Shown: piece after piece, positions 14,235 through 22,910 of the stretch
Layout: every line of letters starts with the position of its first letter
Numbering within the stretch: the first letter of the stretch is position 1
Made by a program: the position numbers and the translations under genes
Virus record (IMG/VR): IMGVR_UViG_3300045988_062277
Reading direction: 5' to 3' (one strand)
Source: a virus
Length of the DNA stretch: 31,565 bases
Notes under the pieces: model-generated
What the model was told of the DNA's origin: nothing
Databases searched by the model: none
What the model saw: the letters and a program-made list of their open reading frames with translations, nothing else

Positions 14235-16490
14235 ATGAGTCACACATTCCGCAAGCCGCAGGACCCGCCAGCGCTCGACATCAGGCCATACCGGAACATT
14301 CCCAACGGCCTAGCCCGGGAAGTAAACGGCCTTACCACGGCCGCCCAGAACAGCGAACACACGTTCATCGACGCACGGCTCCAGACCGTCGCCATGCCCG
14401 TCATGGACGGCACAGGCAAGCCACGCTGGAACGACGCATACTACGACGCGTTCTGGTCTCTCCGAAACGGTGACCTGCGCCTCAGCGAAGACGGCGGCAC
14501 CATGTACGCCCGCGACACGAACTGGCTCGGCGGAGACATTCCCAACACGTGGCACCCCATCAGCAGCCTGTCCGAGGAATTCGGCTTCCCCACCGGAAGC
14601 CACGCCGTACGCAACCTCGAACCAATGTTCCGCGCCGAAACCCTCAAACTCCCCCGCCTCACGCGCGGAATGATGTTCGGCGACACCGCCTTCCACCCAC
14701 AAGGCAAACACAGCGTCGTGGCCGAAGACGCCGACAAAAACGGCGCATACCTGTACGTGGACAACAGCACATGGCTGTACGACAGCAAGAAAACCGCCAA
14801 AATCGTCGAAAAAGCCAACAAGTTCATCGCCCAGCTCACCGCCGACGACGCGAGCCGCGAAAACCTCCTCCGCATGTTCGCCACCCCATTCCTCGAACCG
14901 TACAAGCATCTCTTCTACGTGTTCTACGGGCACGGCGGCGACGGCAAAAGCTTCCTGCTCGGACGGCTGGGCGACACCTACCCGGACAAGGCCGGAGGCA
15001 TCGGCATCAAAGCCCTCAACTCGCCCAGCGTGTTCGAAAGCGGCAACGAGGCGTTGAAGCTCGACGGCCGCTATTGGGTGTACGACGAGGAAGGCGACAT
15101 GCTCACCGACAAGGACATGGGCATCATCAAACGCATCGCCACCGGCGACACCATCCACGCTCGCGGCGTCGGCCGCAACAGCGTCAACGTGCGCTCGCAG
15201 GCCACGCTCGTCATCGCAAGCAACCATCCGCTGGCAACCAGCAACGGCGACGCCAACATGCGCCGCCTCGTGCCCGTCATGTTCTCCGGCCGCAAAACCC
15301 CGCAGCAGATGCAGCCGTTGGCCGACTTCATCGACGAATACGGCATGACCCCGTTCATGCTCGCGAGCGCCATGCTCTGGGCCGACAAGCCGTTGGACGA
15401 CGACATCCATCGCGACATCAGCTTCAACGACAGCGAACGTGACCTGGACGAACGCGCCATGTGGATCGTCAACGAAATCTGCGAGAACGGCTTCGCCGAC
15501 ACACGCGCCTGCCCGTACATCGGCCACACGAGCGGCAACACGTACAAGATGCTCGGCGTCGGCCTACGCAACAAGCGCATCGACGGCAAAGTCTGCTCCG
15601 TTCGCATCGTCATCGACGAAGACCGATTCGCACCATACCGCGAACGCTACGAGAAGGAGCTGAACGAAACCCGCCTCCCCCTGCTCGAAGACCTGCCCGT
15701 GCCCGAAGCGCAGACCGACATGGAACGGCGTATCACCGAATGCGGCGAAATCGTCGACATCAAAGCGCCAGAAGGCTTCAAGCTCCACAAGGAGCCAACC
15801 GACCCGAACAATCCGAAAGCCGTCCGCAACTGGAAGAACGGCACGCAGGAAGACACGGTTGAAATCGGCCAAGGAGACGTGTACGCCGTCATCCCCCAGC
15901 CCGGCCACATCATCATCGACATGGACGCGCCCAAGGACGACCACAGCCGCCACGGATACAACATCCTCCGCCCCATGCTCGAACCCACCCGCATGGTGCA
16001 TACGCCCACCCACGGCGGCGTCCACGCCTACTACCGGCTCCCCGAAGGCTGGACCGGCAAGCTCAAGAACACCAACCACGCCGACGGCATCCCCGTGGAC
16101 GTGAAAGTCGATGGACGCGGATACGTGCTCGGCGCCGGTTCCAACATCGACGGCATCGGCTTCTACCAGCTGGTAGGCGACGAGACCGACGTGCAGGAAG
16201 CGCCAATCGAACTGCTCAACTGGCTCGTCGAACACGGATACGGTGTCAAACCCATGCCGAAACCAGCCAAAGTCATGCCCGGCGCGCCGCGCAACGGACG
16301 CCCGGACCTCACGCCAGTGCCCGAAGGACGCAGAAACGACACGCTCTACAGGTGGGCTTGGGGACGACTCCACAACCATGAAGACAACGAAACCAACATC
16401 CACGACGAACTCGTACTCCGTGGCCACATCAGCGGCCTTGGAGACGCCGAAATCGAACGCATCTGGCAGAGCGTGAAGGAAACCGCGTGA
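14235..16490 (+). CDS. Replicase: a D5_N-like region and P4/D5-type SF3 helicase, followed by a PrimPol (AEP) domain and a PriCT-1 domain (permuted order)
   Basis: Walker A is YGHGGDGKS, Walker B is WVYDEEGD and motif C is LVIASNHP. The AEP motifs are IIIDMDAP, THGGVHAYY and VDVKVDGRGYVLGAGS. PriCT is PEGRRNDTLYRWAWGRL. Confidence 0.85.
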   Translation: MSHTFRKPQDPPALDIRPYRNIPNGLAREVNGLTTAAQNSEHTFIDARLQTVAMPVMDGTGKPRWNDAYYDAFWSLRNGDLRLSEDGGTMYARDTNWLGGDIPNTWHPISSLSEEFGFPTGSHAVRNLEPMFRAETLKLPRLTRGMMFGDTAFHPQGKHSVVAEDADKNGAYLYVDNSTWLYDSKKTAKIVEKANKFIAQLTADDASRENLLRMFATPFLEPYKHLFYVFYGHGGDGKSFLLGRLGDTYPDKAGGIGIKALNSPSVFESGNEALKLDGRYWVYDEEGDMLTDKDMGIIKRIATGDTIHARGVGRNSVNVRSQATLVIASNHPLATSNGDANMRRLVPVMFSGRKTPQQMQPLADFIDEYGMTPFMLASAMLWADKPLDDDIHRDISFNDSERDLDERAMWIVNEICENGFADTRACPYIGHTSGNTYKMLGVGLRNKRIDGKVCSVRIVIDEDRFAPYRERYEKELNETRLPLLEDLPVPEAQTDMERRITECGEIVDIKAPEGFKLHKEPTDPNNPKAVRNWKNGTQEDTVEIGQGDVYAVIPQPGHIIIDMDAPKDDHSRHGYNILRPMLEPTRMVHTPTHGGVHAYYRLPEGWTGKLKNTNHADGIPVDVKVDGRGYVLGAGSNIDGIGFYQLVGDETDVQEAPIELLNWLVEHGYGVKPMPKPAKVMPGAPRNGRPDLTPVPEGRRNDTLYRWAWGRLHNHEDNETNIHDELVLRGHISGLGDAEIERIWQSVKETA

Positions 16491-16641
16491 CCAACCCAAT
16501 CGGCCGCTTGTGCGACACCGGCGCATGCCACGTGACAGACGACAACCGCATCATGTTCAACATGCGGACTAGAATGATAACCACGCGCAATGTCAGACCG
16601 GCATGCGCAATCATCGGACGAAACCCAGGAAAGGAGCACGA

Positions 16642-16851
16642 ATGCGCGACAAGCTCACCGAAATCGCATACGGAGCAATCGTCATCATAGCGACCGCCAT
16701 GCTCGCAATCGCATGGTATTGCGAATACGCGAACACGCCGGTGCATTACACGACGGTACAAACATTCGACGAAGGCGGCTTCGAACACGACTGCCTCGTC
16801 GTAACCTACAAGAAGGACATGGCACTTGACTGCACCAATCCAAACGATTGA
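16642..16851 (+). CDS. 69-aa membrane protein
   Basis: AAGGAG RBS. MRDKLTEIAYGAIVIIATAMLAIAWYCEY... has one TM segment. The track start at 16603 is rejected. Confidence 0.6.
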   Translation: MRDKLTEIAYGAIVIIATAMLAIAWYCEYANTPVHYTTVQTFDEGGFEHDCLVVTYKKDMALDCTNPND

Positions 16852-17023
16852 GAAACAAGCCCGCGCAATCCAAGAAGAACTCGGACGGCACCTCGCCTCA
16901 CTGCCCAAAGACTTCGACGATGCGAAAACATTGAAAGCACAAATAGACCTACGCAGGGCGTATAATGCTGCTACGGACATCGTGGAACTCACGATGAGGC
17001 TTAGACTGGAAAGGCTGATATGA
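16826..17023 (+). CDS. Small helical hypothetical protein (TTG start)
   Basis: GAAGGA lies 8 nt upstream of the TTG. The stop overlaps the next ATG (ATGA). Confidence 0.45.
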   Translation: MTAPIQTIEKQARAIQEELGRHLASLPKDFDDAKTLKAQIDLRRAYNAATDIVELTMRLRLERLI

Positions 17024-17493
17024 ATTTTCGTTCACGATACAACCACATCCGACTAGTGGAAGGAACAGACCCGAATGCGAACGGTACCGGAATGGGAGGC
17101 TCTGAAGGCTCGAATGGAAGCGGAGCACAGGAGCCGACAATCACCCAAGCCCAGCTCGACGCCATCATCAGCCGAAAGCTCGCCAAGGAACGCGAAAAGC
17201 TCGAAGCAGCCCAGAAAGCAGCCGAAGACGCCCGAAAGCTAGCCGAGGAAACCGAGAAACGCGTCAACGAGGCCCGCGAGAAAGGCATCAGCCTTGGCCT
17301 GTTGCAGGCGAAGCGCAACGCCATCGCCGAACAGTACGGGCTGAGCGCCGAACTGCTGCCGGAAGACGAGACGCGTCTCGACGAATTCGAGAAGCAGCTC
17401 GCGGCAAGCATCAACAGCCGCACGCGCGTCACCCCCGTGACCGTCGAACCGACAGCCAAAACCCCCGACTGGATGGGAACCGCCCATGCGTGA
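17020..17493 (+). CDS. Capsid scaffolding protein (DUF4355-like)
   Basis: TQAQLDAIISRKLAKEREKLEAAQKAAEDARKLAEE is the typical scaffold motif followed by a charged coiled coil. Confidence 0.65.
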   Translation: MNFRSRYNHIRLVEGTDPNANGTGMGGSEGSNGSGAQEPTITQAQLDAIISRKLAKEREKLEAAQKAAEDARKLAEETEKRVNEAREKGISLGLLQAKRNAIAEQYGLSAELLPEDETRLDEFEKQLAASINSRTRVTPVTVEPTAKTPDWMGTAHA

Positions 17494-17683
17494 CATCCGA
17501 ATCCTAAGCATAGTGATGCGCGACGAAAGCGTTCCGGCGACACTCTCAGTCTTCGACGACGACATAGTGGTGACAACACCCATGGAGTTGGATGAAAACG
17601 AGAAGGACAAGCTGGTAAAACGTTTTGCCGAACGCATCATACAGCTGGGACTCTCGATGCACGACTGGAAGGAAAAGAATTGA
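17486..17683 (+). CDS. Hypothetical protein (65 aa)
   Basis: An operon-embedded ORF that overlaps both neighbours. Confidence 0.5.
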   Translation: MRDIRILSIVMRDESVPATLSVFDDDIVVTTPMELDENEKDKLVKRFAERIIQLGLSMHDWKEKN

Positions 17684-18099
17684 CCGACGAACTGAAGCCG
17701 CTCGCCACCGTCGAAGACACCGAAGCATACCTGCGCCACAAAGTGCCAATCGACCTCGTGGACTATGAGGAACGCAAACGCGGAGCCGCTTCCAACGTGC
17801 TCCGCATGATGTACCGCAACCAAGGCGACGATTTGGACAAGCAGGTCACGGAAGACCCGCTCACCCGCCAAATGGTCGCAGACATCATCGGCGTCAGCGT
17901 CGCGCAGGACGTGAGCCGCAAGGAAAGCGCGTCCGAAAGCGACACCGACCTGAGCGCGTTCAAAACGTTCACCCAAACGGCGGGCGGCTACAGTTTCACC
18001 GGCGAATGGCGAGGCAACACGGACGACGTGTTCTTCACCAGCAACCAGCTCAGACAACTGGGCGTCGGACGCGCCACCATAGCAAGATTCCAACTCTGA
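17680..18099 (+). CDS. Head-tail adaptor (gp6-like connector), tentative
   Basis: TTGA overlap start. The N-terminus LATVEDTEAYLRHKV resembles connector proteins. The gene sits within the connector block. Confidence 0.45.
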   Translation: MTDELKPLATVEDTEAYLRHKVPIDLVDYEERKRGAASNVLRMMYRNQGDDLDKQVTEDPLTRQMVADIIGVSVAQDVSRKESASESDTDLSAFKTFTQTAGGYSFTGEWRGNTDDVFFTSNQLRQLGVGRATIARFQL

Positions 18100-18407
18100 T
18101 GCACTACGGACTCAAAACACACGAAATCACCATCACCACCGGCGACGGACAACACACCGTCAAGGGCATCGTGACCGCGAACACCACAAGCGAAGACACG
18201 AGCACGTTCGACAACATGACCGAAGTGAACTCGCTCACCATCCACGTCACCACGCCAGACACGCCACCGGAAATCGACGGCGGAGAACTCGAATACCATG
18301 GGAACACCTACCACGTCACCTCCATTAAACCGCCGATAGACCCCGAGAACAGGGTGATGTTCAACCCGTTCAAATGGAGCTTCAACGCGAAGCAGGCACA
18401 ATACTGA
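18099..18407 (+). CDS. Head closure / head-tail joining protein, tentative
   Basis: ATG at 18099 overlaps the preceding TGA. It is about 100 aa and beta-rich, with G..Y.V..I near the C-terminus as in head-tail joining proteins. Confidence 0.45.
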   Translation: MHYGLKTHEITITTGDGQHTVKGIVTANTTSEDTSTFDNMTEVNSLTIHVTTPDTPPEIDGGELEYHGNTYHVTSIKPPIDPENRVMFNPFKWSFNAKQAQY

Positions 18408-18679
18408 TGGCACGGCTCAAAGGCGCCAAAATCATGGTCGCCGCACCGAACTCGGCAACCAACCTCGTAATGCAGTCGGCGGGATTCCAACAGGAGTCAC
18501 GCCGCGTCGCATCACGAATCATGCCGCAGCTGCGGATGGACTCATACAGGGGCAAGCCGCCGTCCATGACCACATACCGCACGCTCAGCACATTCAAGGG
18601 AACACGCCGAGCCGGAACGGAAATCAAATACCACAAGACACCCCATTCCGGTGACACGCTGAAAGGACTCGGACTGTGA
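18407..18679 (+). CDS. Neck/tail-completion protein, tentative
   Basis: ATG at 18407 overlaps the preceding TGA. The assignment is positional only. Confidence 0.4.
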   Translation: MARLKGAKIMVAAPNSATNLVMQSAGFQQESRRVASRIMPQLRMDSYRGKPPSMTTYRTLSTFKGTRRAGTEIKYHKTPHSGDTLKGLGL

Positions 18680-19053
18680 GCAAAGACAACGAAATCGTCA
18701 ACGACATCATCGACGGACTGGCGCAGCGGCTCAACATGCGCGTATATGACAAGTATCCGACAGTGAAAAACACCGGCCAGTATCCGCTCATCATCATCAC
18801 ACGCCAGAACGCGTCCGACATCACCCCCTACATCCGACACTTGGACATCGCTGTCACCGTGGTGACACGCGAACTCTCGGGCGAAGCCGACAACACGCTC
18901 AGCGCCGAAATCGGCGACGCCCTGACCGACTGGTACAACCAAAGCCAGTGGGACATCATGGGCGCCCCACTGCTCAACACCGCCGACATCCAACCCACCA
19001 AAGACGGGCGCACGTCCACCGTCTACGACTACCAGCTGGAGTATCTGAGTTGA
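18676..19053 (+). CDS. Tail terminator / tail completion protein (DUF3168-like), tentative
   Basis: GTGA overlap start. Size and pattern (VYDKYP...YPLIIITR) are reminiscent of gp17-like tail completion proteins. Confidence 0.45.
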   Translation: MSKDNEIVNDIIDGLAQRLNMRVYDKYPTVKNTGQYPLIIITRQNASDITPYIRHLDIAVTVVTRELSGEADNTLSAEIGDALTDWYNQSQWDIMGAPLLNTADIQPTKDGRTSTVYDYQLEYLS

Positions 19054-19553
19054 AGAGCACACAGGAGTCGGTCGAAGACCTCATGGAAATACTTTCACCG
19101 GCCGCAAAAGACATCATCACCGACGAACAAGTCAGGCAAGCCCAAGCGGCCGCAGCCAGCGGCGACAAGCATCTGGCCGGAAAGGTCTTGGGAGACATCT
19201 GGAAACAGGTCGCCGAAAAATCCGCAGGATTGGAATTAGAACGGCTCGACTCCGACGCCTTCGGCAAGAAGATAGGCTGGCTTACAAGCCAACAGCATTC
19301 CGAAAAAACAGTCAGGGACTTCCTCGCGAAATACAAGCGGGAACTCGCCATCCAACCCATGCAGGAGGCTACCAACAACCTGTTCGCCATCGACTCGACG
19401 ACCGAAGTCGTGCGCGAGGCGGTGGGCGAGACGTGCCCATGGTGCCTCGAACGGTGCGGAATATGGCATCCATACGACGCGAACCATTACGGCGTCTGGG
19501 CCAGACACGCCGGATGCGACTGCAAAATCTACGTAAGGAACAACCTCGCATGA
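19050..19553 (+). CDS. MuF-like (SPP1 gp7 family) minor capsid / head morphogenesis protein
   Basis: C-terminal ETCPWCLERCGIWHPYD...HAGCDCKIYV matches the MuF-like Cys/His motif. A TTGA overlap start at 19050 is preferred. The alternative ATG is at 19084. Confidence 0.6.
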   Translation: MKSTQESVEDLMEILSPAAKDIITDEQVRQAQAAAASGDKHLAGKVLGDIWKQVAEKSAGLELERLDSDAFGKKIGWLTSQQHSEKTVRDFLAKYKRELAIQPMQEATNNLFAIDSTTEVVREAVGETCPWCLERCGIWHPYDANHYGVWARHAGCDCKIYVRNNLA

Positions 19554-19619
19554 CCCCAACCATCAGCAACACCAACCGCCATGAAAACCCGACGCGCCGC
19601 ACCACGGTGAAAACCGAAA

Positions 19620-19628
19620 TGGTATGAT
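19620..19628 (+). promoter_or_regulatory. Extended -10 promoter (TGGTATGAT) before the packaging genes
   Basis: It lies in a 124-bp gap and is followed by a strong AAGGAGG RBS at 19667-19673. Confidence 0.4.
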
Positions 19629-19677
19629 GGTATCTGCAAACAACGGCACCAAATGGCCGAACACTTAAGGAGGAACC

Positions 19678-19989
19678 ATGGCAGGGAAAACTGAAGAAGC
19701 CCTCTCAAGCCGCATGGAACAGGTCAACAGACTTATCGACAAAGCATACTCGGACATGGAAGAGTACGCCAAAAAGGCCGAAACGTCGGACGATGACCGC
19801 GAATACAACATGAGCATGGCCGCCAACGCGCAACGAAACTACGTCAGCTTCATGCAACTGCTCATGACCATGACAAAAAACTTCGACGAAGCGGTGAAAG
19901 TCGATTCGCACAAAAGCAGGACCACCGCCACCAAAGCACCGAAAACCACTCTTCAGAAACTCGTAGCGAAGGAAGCGAAACGCTCATGA
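19678..19989 (+). CDS. Helical 103-aa protein, a candidate small terminase by position only
   Basis: Strong RBS, ATGA overlap with the next gene, and a basic C-terminus. Confidence 0.5.
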   Translation: MAGKTEEALSSRMEQVNRLIDKAYSDMEEYAKKAETSDDDREYNMSMAANAQRNYVSFMQLLMTMTKNFDEAVKVDSHKSRTTATKAPKTTLQKLVAKEAKRS

Positions 19990-20852
19990 CACTCACCATC
20001 GTGGACGAACAGGCAATCTCATTCCCATGGATTGAACTCGTCAAGAACGCATACTCCATGCGCGTGCGGGTCACCAATTTCAGCGCGGTCGGCAAACGCA
20101 GCTTCACCCGCATCCTTTCCAAAGCGGTCGGCGGAGCCAACTCCTACTTCCTCATGCAGGACGGAGACCCACTCAGCACCGACTACCTCCCCTCCGAAGA
20201 CCTGCAACTGGAAAAGGTCTCCGCAGTGGGCTTGGACGGACGTTGCTACGACGAGAACGCCAACGAAATAAACGAAAACCTCCGATGCCTTACCCTCAGC
20301 CACGCGCCGGTCACCGACCAAGCCGTACTGTTGGCGCAGCGCGCCATGGTCATCGAAGGACTCATCTCCCAGAACCTCGAACACCTCATGCTGCCCGAAC
20401 CGGTCGTGGTCGGCACGTCGCCCGATGTGGTAATCAAAACCGACCCGAGCAAGAGCGCGTCCGATTGGACGAAATTCGACGCCAACGACGACCACGACAC
20501 CATCGTCCGGCCCGAAGTCAAACGACTTAGCCAGTGGGATAACGGACAGCTCAAAACCCTCCTGCAAAACACGGCGCTGAGCTTCCAAATGGAAACCGGG
20601 CTCCCCCCGCAGGACGCGCAGGTTCTCGACACGCTCGGCGCGACAACCCAATCGTTGGTGTCGAACCGTGAAAGCTTCGTCAGCCGCATCTACACCATCA
20701 AACAGGATTTGAACGCCGTGTTCGAATCATTGGACATCACATTGGATTACGAACTCACATTCCCGCAAACCGCGCAAGACATCGCATCCATCGGCGACGC
20801 CTATGGCAAGGGCGCCAACGCCGACATCCTCAAGAAGTATCAGGTGGTGTGA
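19986..20852 (+). CDS. Putative portal protein (unusually short, 288 aa)
   Basis: It is the only unassigned ORF of suitable size near TerL and MuF. The assignment is weak. Confidence 0.35.
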   Translation: MTLTIVDEQAISFPWIELVKNAYSMRVRVTNFSAVGKRSFTRILSKAVGGANSYFLMQDGDPLSTDYLPSEDLQLEKVSAVGLDGRCYDENANEINENLRCLTLSHAPVTDQAVLLAQRAMVIEGLISQNLEHLMLPEPVVVGTSPDVVIKTDPSKSASDWTKFDANDDHDTIVRPEVKRLSQWDNGQLKTLLQNTALSFQMETGLPPQDAQVLDTLGATTQSLVSNRESFVSRIYTIKQDLNAVFESLDITLDYELTFPQTAQDIASIGDAYGKGANADILKKYQVV

Positions 20853-20853
20853 C

Positions 20854-22302
20854 ATGCTGGTAAAGAATCCGAATTGGAGGGCGAACGTCCGCCCAACGTC
20901 CGACGTGGCAATCATGGCTGCGGAATACGTGAACTGGGGTCGTGGTAACACAATCCTCCCATTTCAGGTCGAGTTCCTGAACAACGCCTTCCAACGCAAG
21001 AAGGACGGCACTTGGAAATACAAGCGCGTCGCATTGAACATGCCGCGTCAGAACGGCAAGACCAAAATCCTCACCGCCCCAATCCTCTACTACCTGTTCG
21101 TGCTCGGCCTGAACGTGCTCGTCACCGCGCACGAGCAGATTGCCGCCAACAAAATCATGGAAGACCTGAAGGACGCCATCGATTCCCACCCAGAACTGAA
21201 ATTCGAAGTCACGCACTTCAGCACCACCATGGGACGCGAGCGCCTACAGTTGAGGAACGGCGCGTTCGTCCGGTTCCGCTCACGTAAGAGCGCTTCCGCA
21301 GGTATGGGCGGCACGTTCGATTTGGTTATCTTCGACGAGGCTCAGGAACTCCGTTCAGAATATGAGGCGATGATTACCAAGACGCTGAAGACGCGCCGCA
21401 TGGCGATGATAATCTACACGGGCACGCCGTTCCTCCCATCGTCCATCGGTGACACGTTCAACGTGTTCCTTGACAACGCGGAAAACGACGACATGGCGTA
21501 TGCGGTGCGCTACGGCATCGACGACGAGACGGCGGATATCGAGGACGAGCAGTTGTGGGCGCTCACCAACCCGCTCTACCCGGACGTGATCCCACGCGAA
21601 GCGTTCCTCACCGACGTGGCGATAGCCAAACAGGGCGGCGCTGACGGACTCATCGATTTTCGCATCCAAGACTTGGGCCTATGGTGGGCGGACAGCATCC
21701 CTCCTGCAATCCCGATGGACTTGTGGGACAGCGCCTACTCCGACCTGCAACATGACCGTGACACGCTCGTCTACGCGCTCACCTTCGACCCGGCCACGAG
21801 CACACTCGCCTTGTCCGTCGCAGCCAGCACCGAAGAGGTGACGGTCGGCTCGCAGCATTACGACAAGTGGGCGTACATCATCGGTGAAATCGTGGACGAG
21901 CGTCCCACCGCCGAATCATGGCAGTGGGTTTCGGACGAGCTGAAGACACGACCACGCAAGACCACGCTCATCTTGGATGCTGGCGGGTTGAACAATCCGA
22001 TAAGGGACATGCTGCCACGCGGATTGAACGTCATCCAATTGAGCGGCACGGAATTCCTCGCCTCCCAGCAGGGATTCCTTGACCTGCTGGAAGAGGGCCG
22101 TTTCAAGCATACGAACAACCCTCAGTTGACCGCCGAAGTGCAGAACGCGCAGAAGCTCAAATCCGGTTCGAACGACCAATGGAAGTTCGCGCCGATACGC
22201 AAGACCGAAACCACGGCCGGGTTGAAGGGCGTCAGCATCGCCGCATGGTATCGTGGCGTCAACCGTCCGAAGGAACGTCAGGTCAGGGAGGTGATTGCCT
22301 GA
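20854..22302 (+). CDS. terL: Terminase large subunit
   Basis: Walker A is MPRQNGKTK and Walker B is DLVIFDEAQ, with a C-terminal nuclease-like half. The ATG at 20854 follows the upstream TGA. Confidence 0.85.
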   Translation: MLVKNPNWRANVRPTSDVAIMAAEYVNWGRGNTILPFQVEFLNNAFQRKKDGTWKYKRVALNMPRQNGKTKILTAPILYYLFVLGLNVLVTAHEQIAANKIMEDLKDAIDSHPELKFEVTHFSTTMGRERLQLRNGAFVRFRSRKSASAGMGGTFDLVIFDEAQELRSEYEAMITKTLKTRRMAMIIYTGTPFLPSSIGDTFNVFLDNAENDDMAYAVRYGIDDETADIEDEQLWALTNPLYPDVIPREAFLTDVAIAKQGGADGLIDFRIQDLGLWWADSIPPAIPMDLWDSAYSDLQHDRDTLVYALTFDPATSTLALSVAASTEEVTVGSQHYDKWAYIIGEIVDERPTAESWQWVSDELKTRPRKTTLILDAGGLNNPIRDMLPRGLNVIQLSGTEFLASQQGFLDLLEEGRFKHTNNPQLTAEVQNAQKLKSGSNDQWKFAPIRKTETTAGLKGVSIAAWYRGVNRPKERQVREVIA

Positions 22303-22586
22303 TGGGCAAGGATACGGGACTCTACCATCGCAACCGCACCATCCTCCGCGAGCGCACCAAACGCACTGGAGCGCCATGCTATTATTGCGGTGCGCCGTTC
22401 TATTGGGGCCGCAACACGGCACATCCGCTATCGTTTACGGCTGACCATGTGATACCGCGTGCGGCTGGCGGAAGCGACAGGATGGACAATCTCGTCCCGG
22501 CCCATATGCAGTGCAATCGAGCCAAATCAGACCACATAGCAAATCCGGCGACACGCCGGACGCGAACCGCGACGAGAAGGTGGTAG
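22302..22586 (+). CDS. HNH endonuclease
   Basis: CYYCG...ADHVIPRAAGG...DNLVPAHMQCNRAK is the canonical HNH pattern. It has an ATGA-type overlap with terL. Confidence 0.85.
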   Translation: MGKDTGLYHRNRTILRERTKRTGAPCYYCGAPFYWGRNTAHPLSFTADHVIPRAAGGSDRMDNLVPAHMQCNRAKSDHIANPATRRTRTATRRW

Positions 22587-22644
22587 AATAAATACCGTTA
22601 CGCAACAATGCGTGACTCCTCTCTTGTGATTCTGGTTAGCACAG

Positions 22645-22681
22645 CACCCCGTTTGACGAAAGTCAAGCGGGGTGTTATGCT
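22645..22681 (+). promoter_or_regulatory. A 13-bp GAAA-loop hairpin merged with a promoter (TTGACG-17nt-TATGCT) upstream of the capsid gene
   Basis: caccccgtttgac-gaaa-gtcaagcggggtg. The -35 at 22653-22658 lies inside the left arm and the -10 is at 22676-22681. Confidence 0.5.
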
Positions 22682-22910
22682 ATGTCTAGGAGATGGTCGG
22701 CAGACAATCGGAGCTTCGTCCGCCACGCCCATCGACCAACTCCCCAAAACGTACCGACTTGAACAGTCCAGCACAGTCGTTAAACAATGCAGGACACTAC
22801 CAACGGGCAACCGTGGGGTCGAGGCGCACACAGCCGGAAACAATCGTGGTAGAGGTCGAGTCGGGGCCGCAATGCAGAATGCCGACATCATTCACCACGA
22901 AAGGCAGCCC

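Noticed and set aside
14310-16526. Long antisense ORFs 14310..15527(-) of 405 aa and 15564..16526(-) of 320 aa, plus the plus-strand off-frame ORF 14549..15442
   Set aside because: They are shadow ORFs of the replicase gene in GC-rich DNA. They have Arg/Gly/Ala/Val-rich low-complexity translations and no motifs.
16487-16690. A 67-aa Cys-rich ORF starting at a GTG that overlaps the replicase stop
   Set aside because: It is not listed as a feature. It overlaps the RBS-supported gene at 16642, and its second half loses codon bias. It is kept only as a possibility under the spacer finding.
22608-22910. The 101-aa N-terminal extension of the capsid ORF, and the antisense ORF 22932..23966(-)
   Set aside because: The extension crosses a hairpin/promoter and has no protein-like composition. 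The ATG at 22911 has an RBS. The antisense ORF is a GC shadow.
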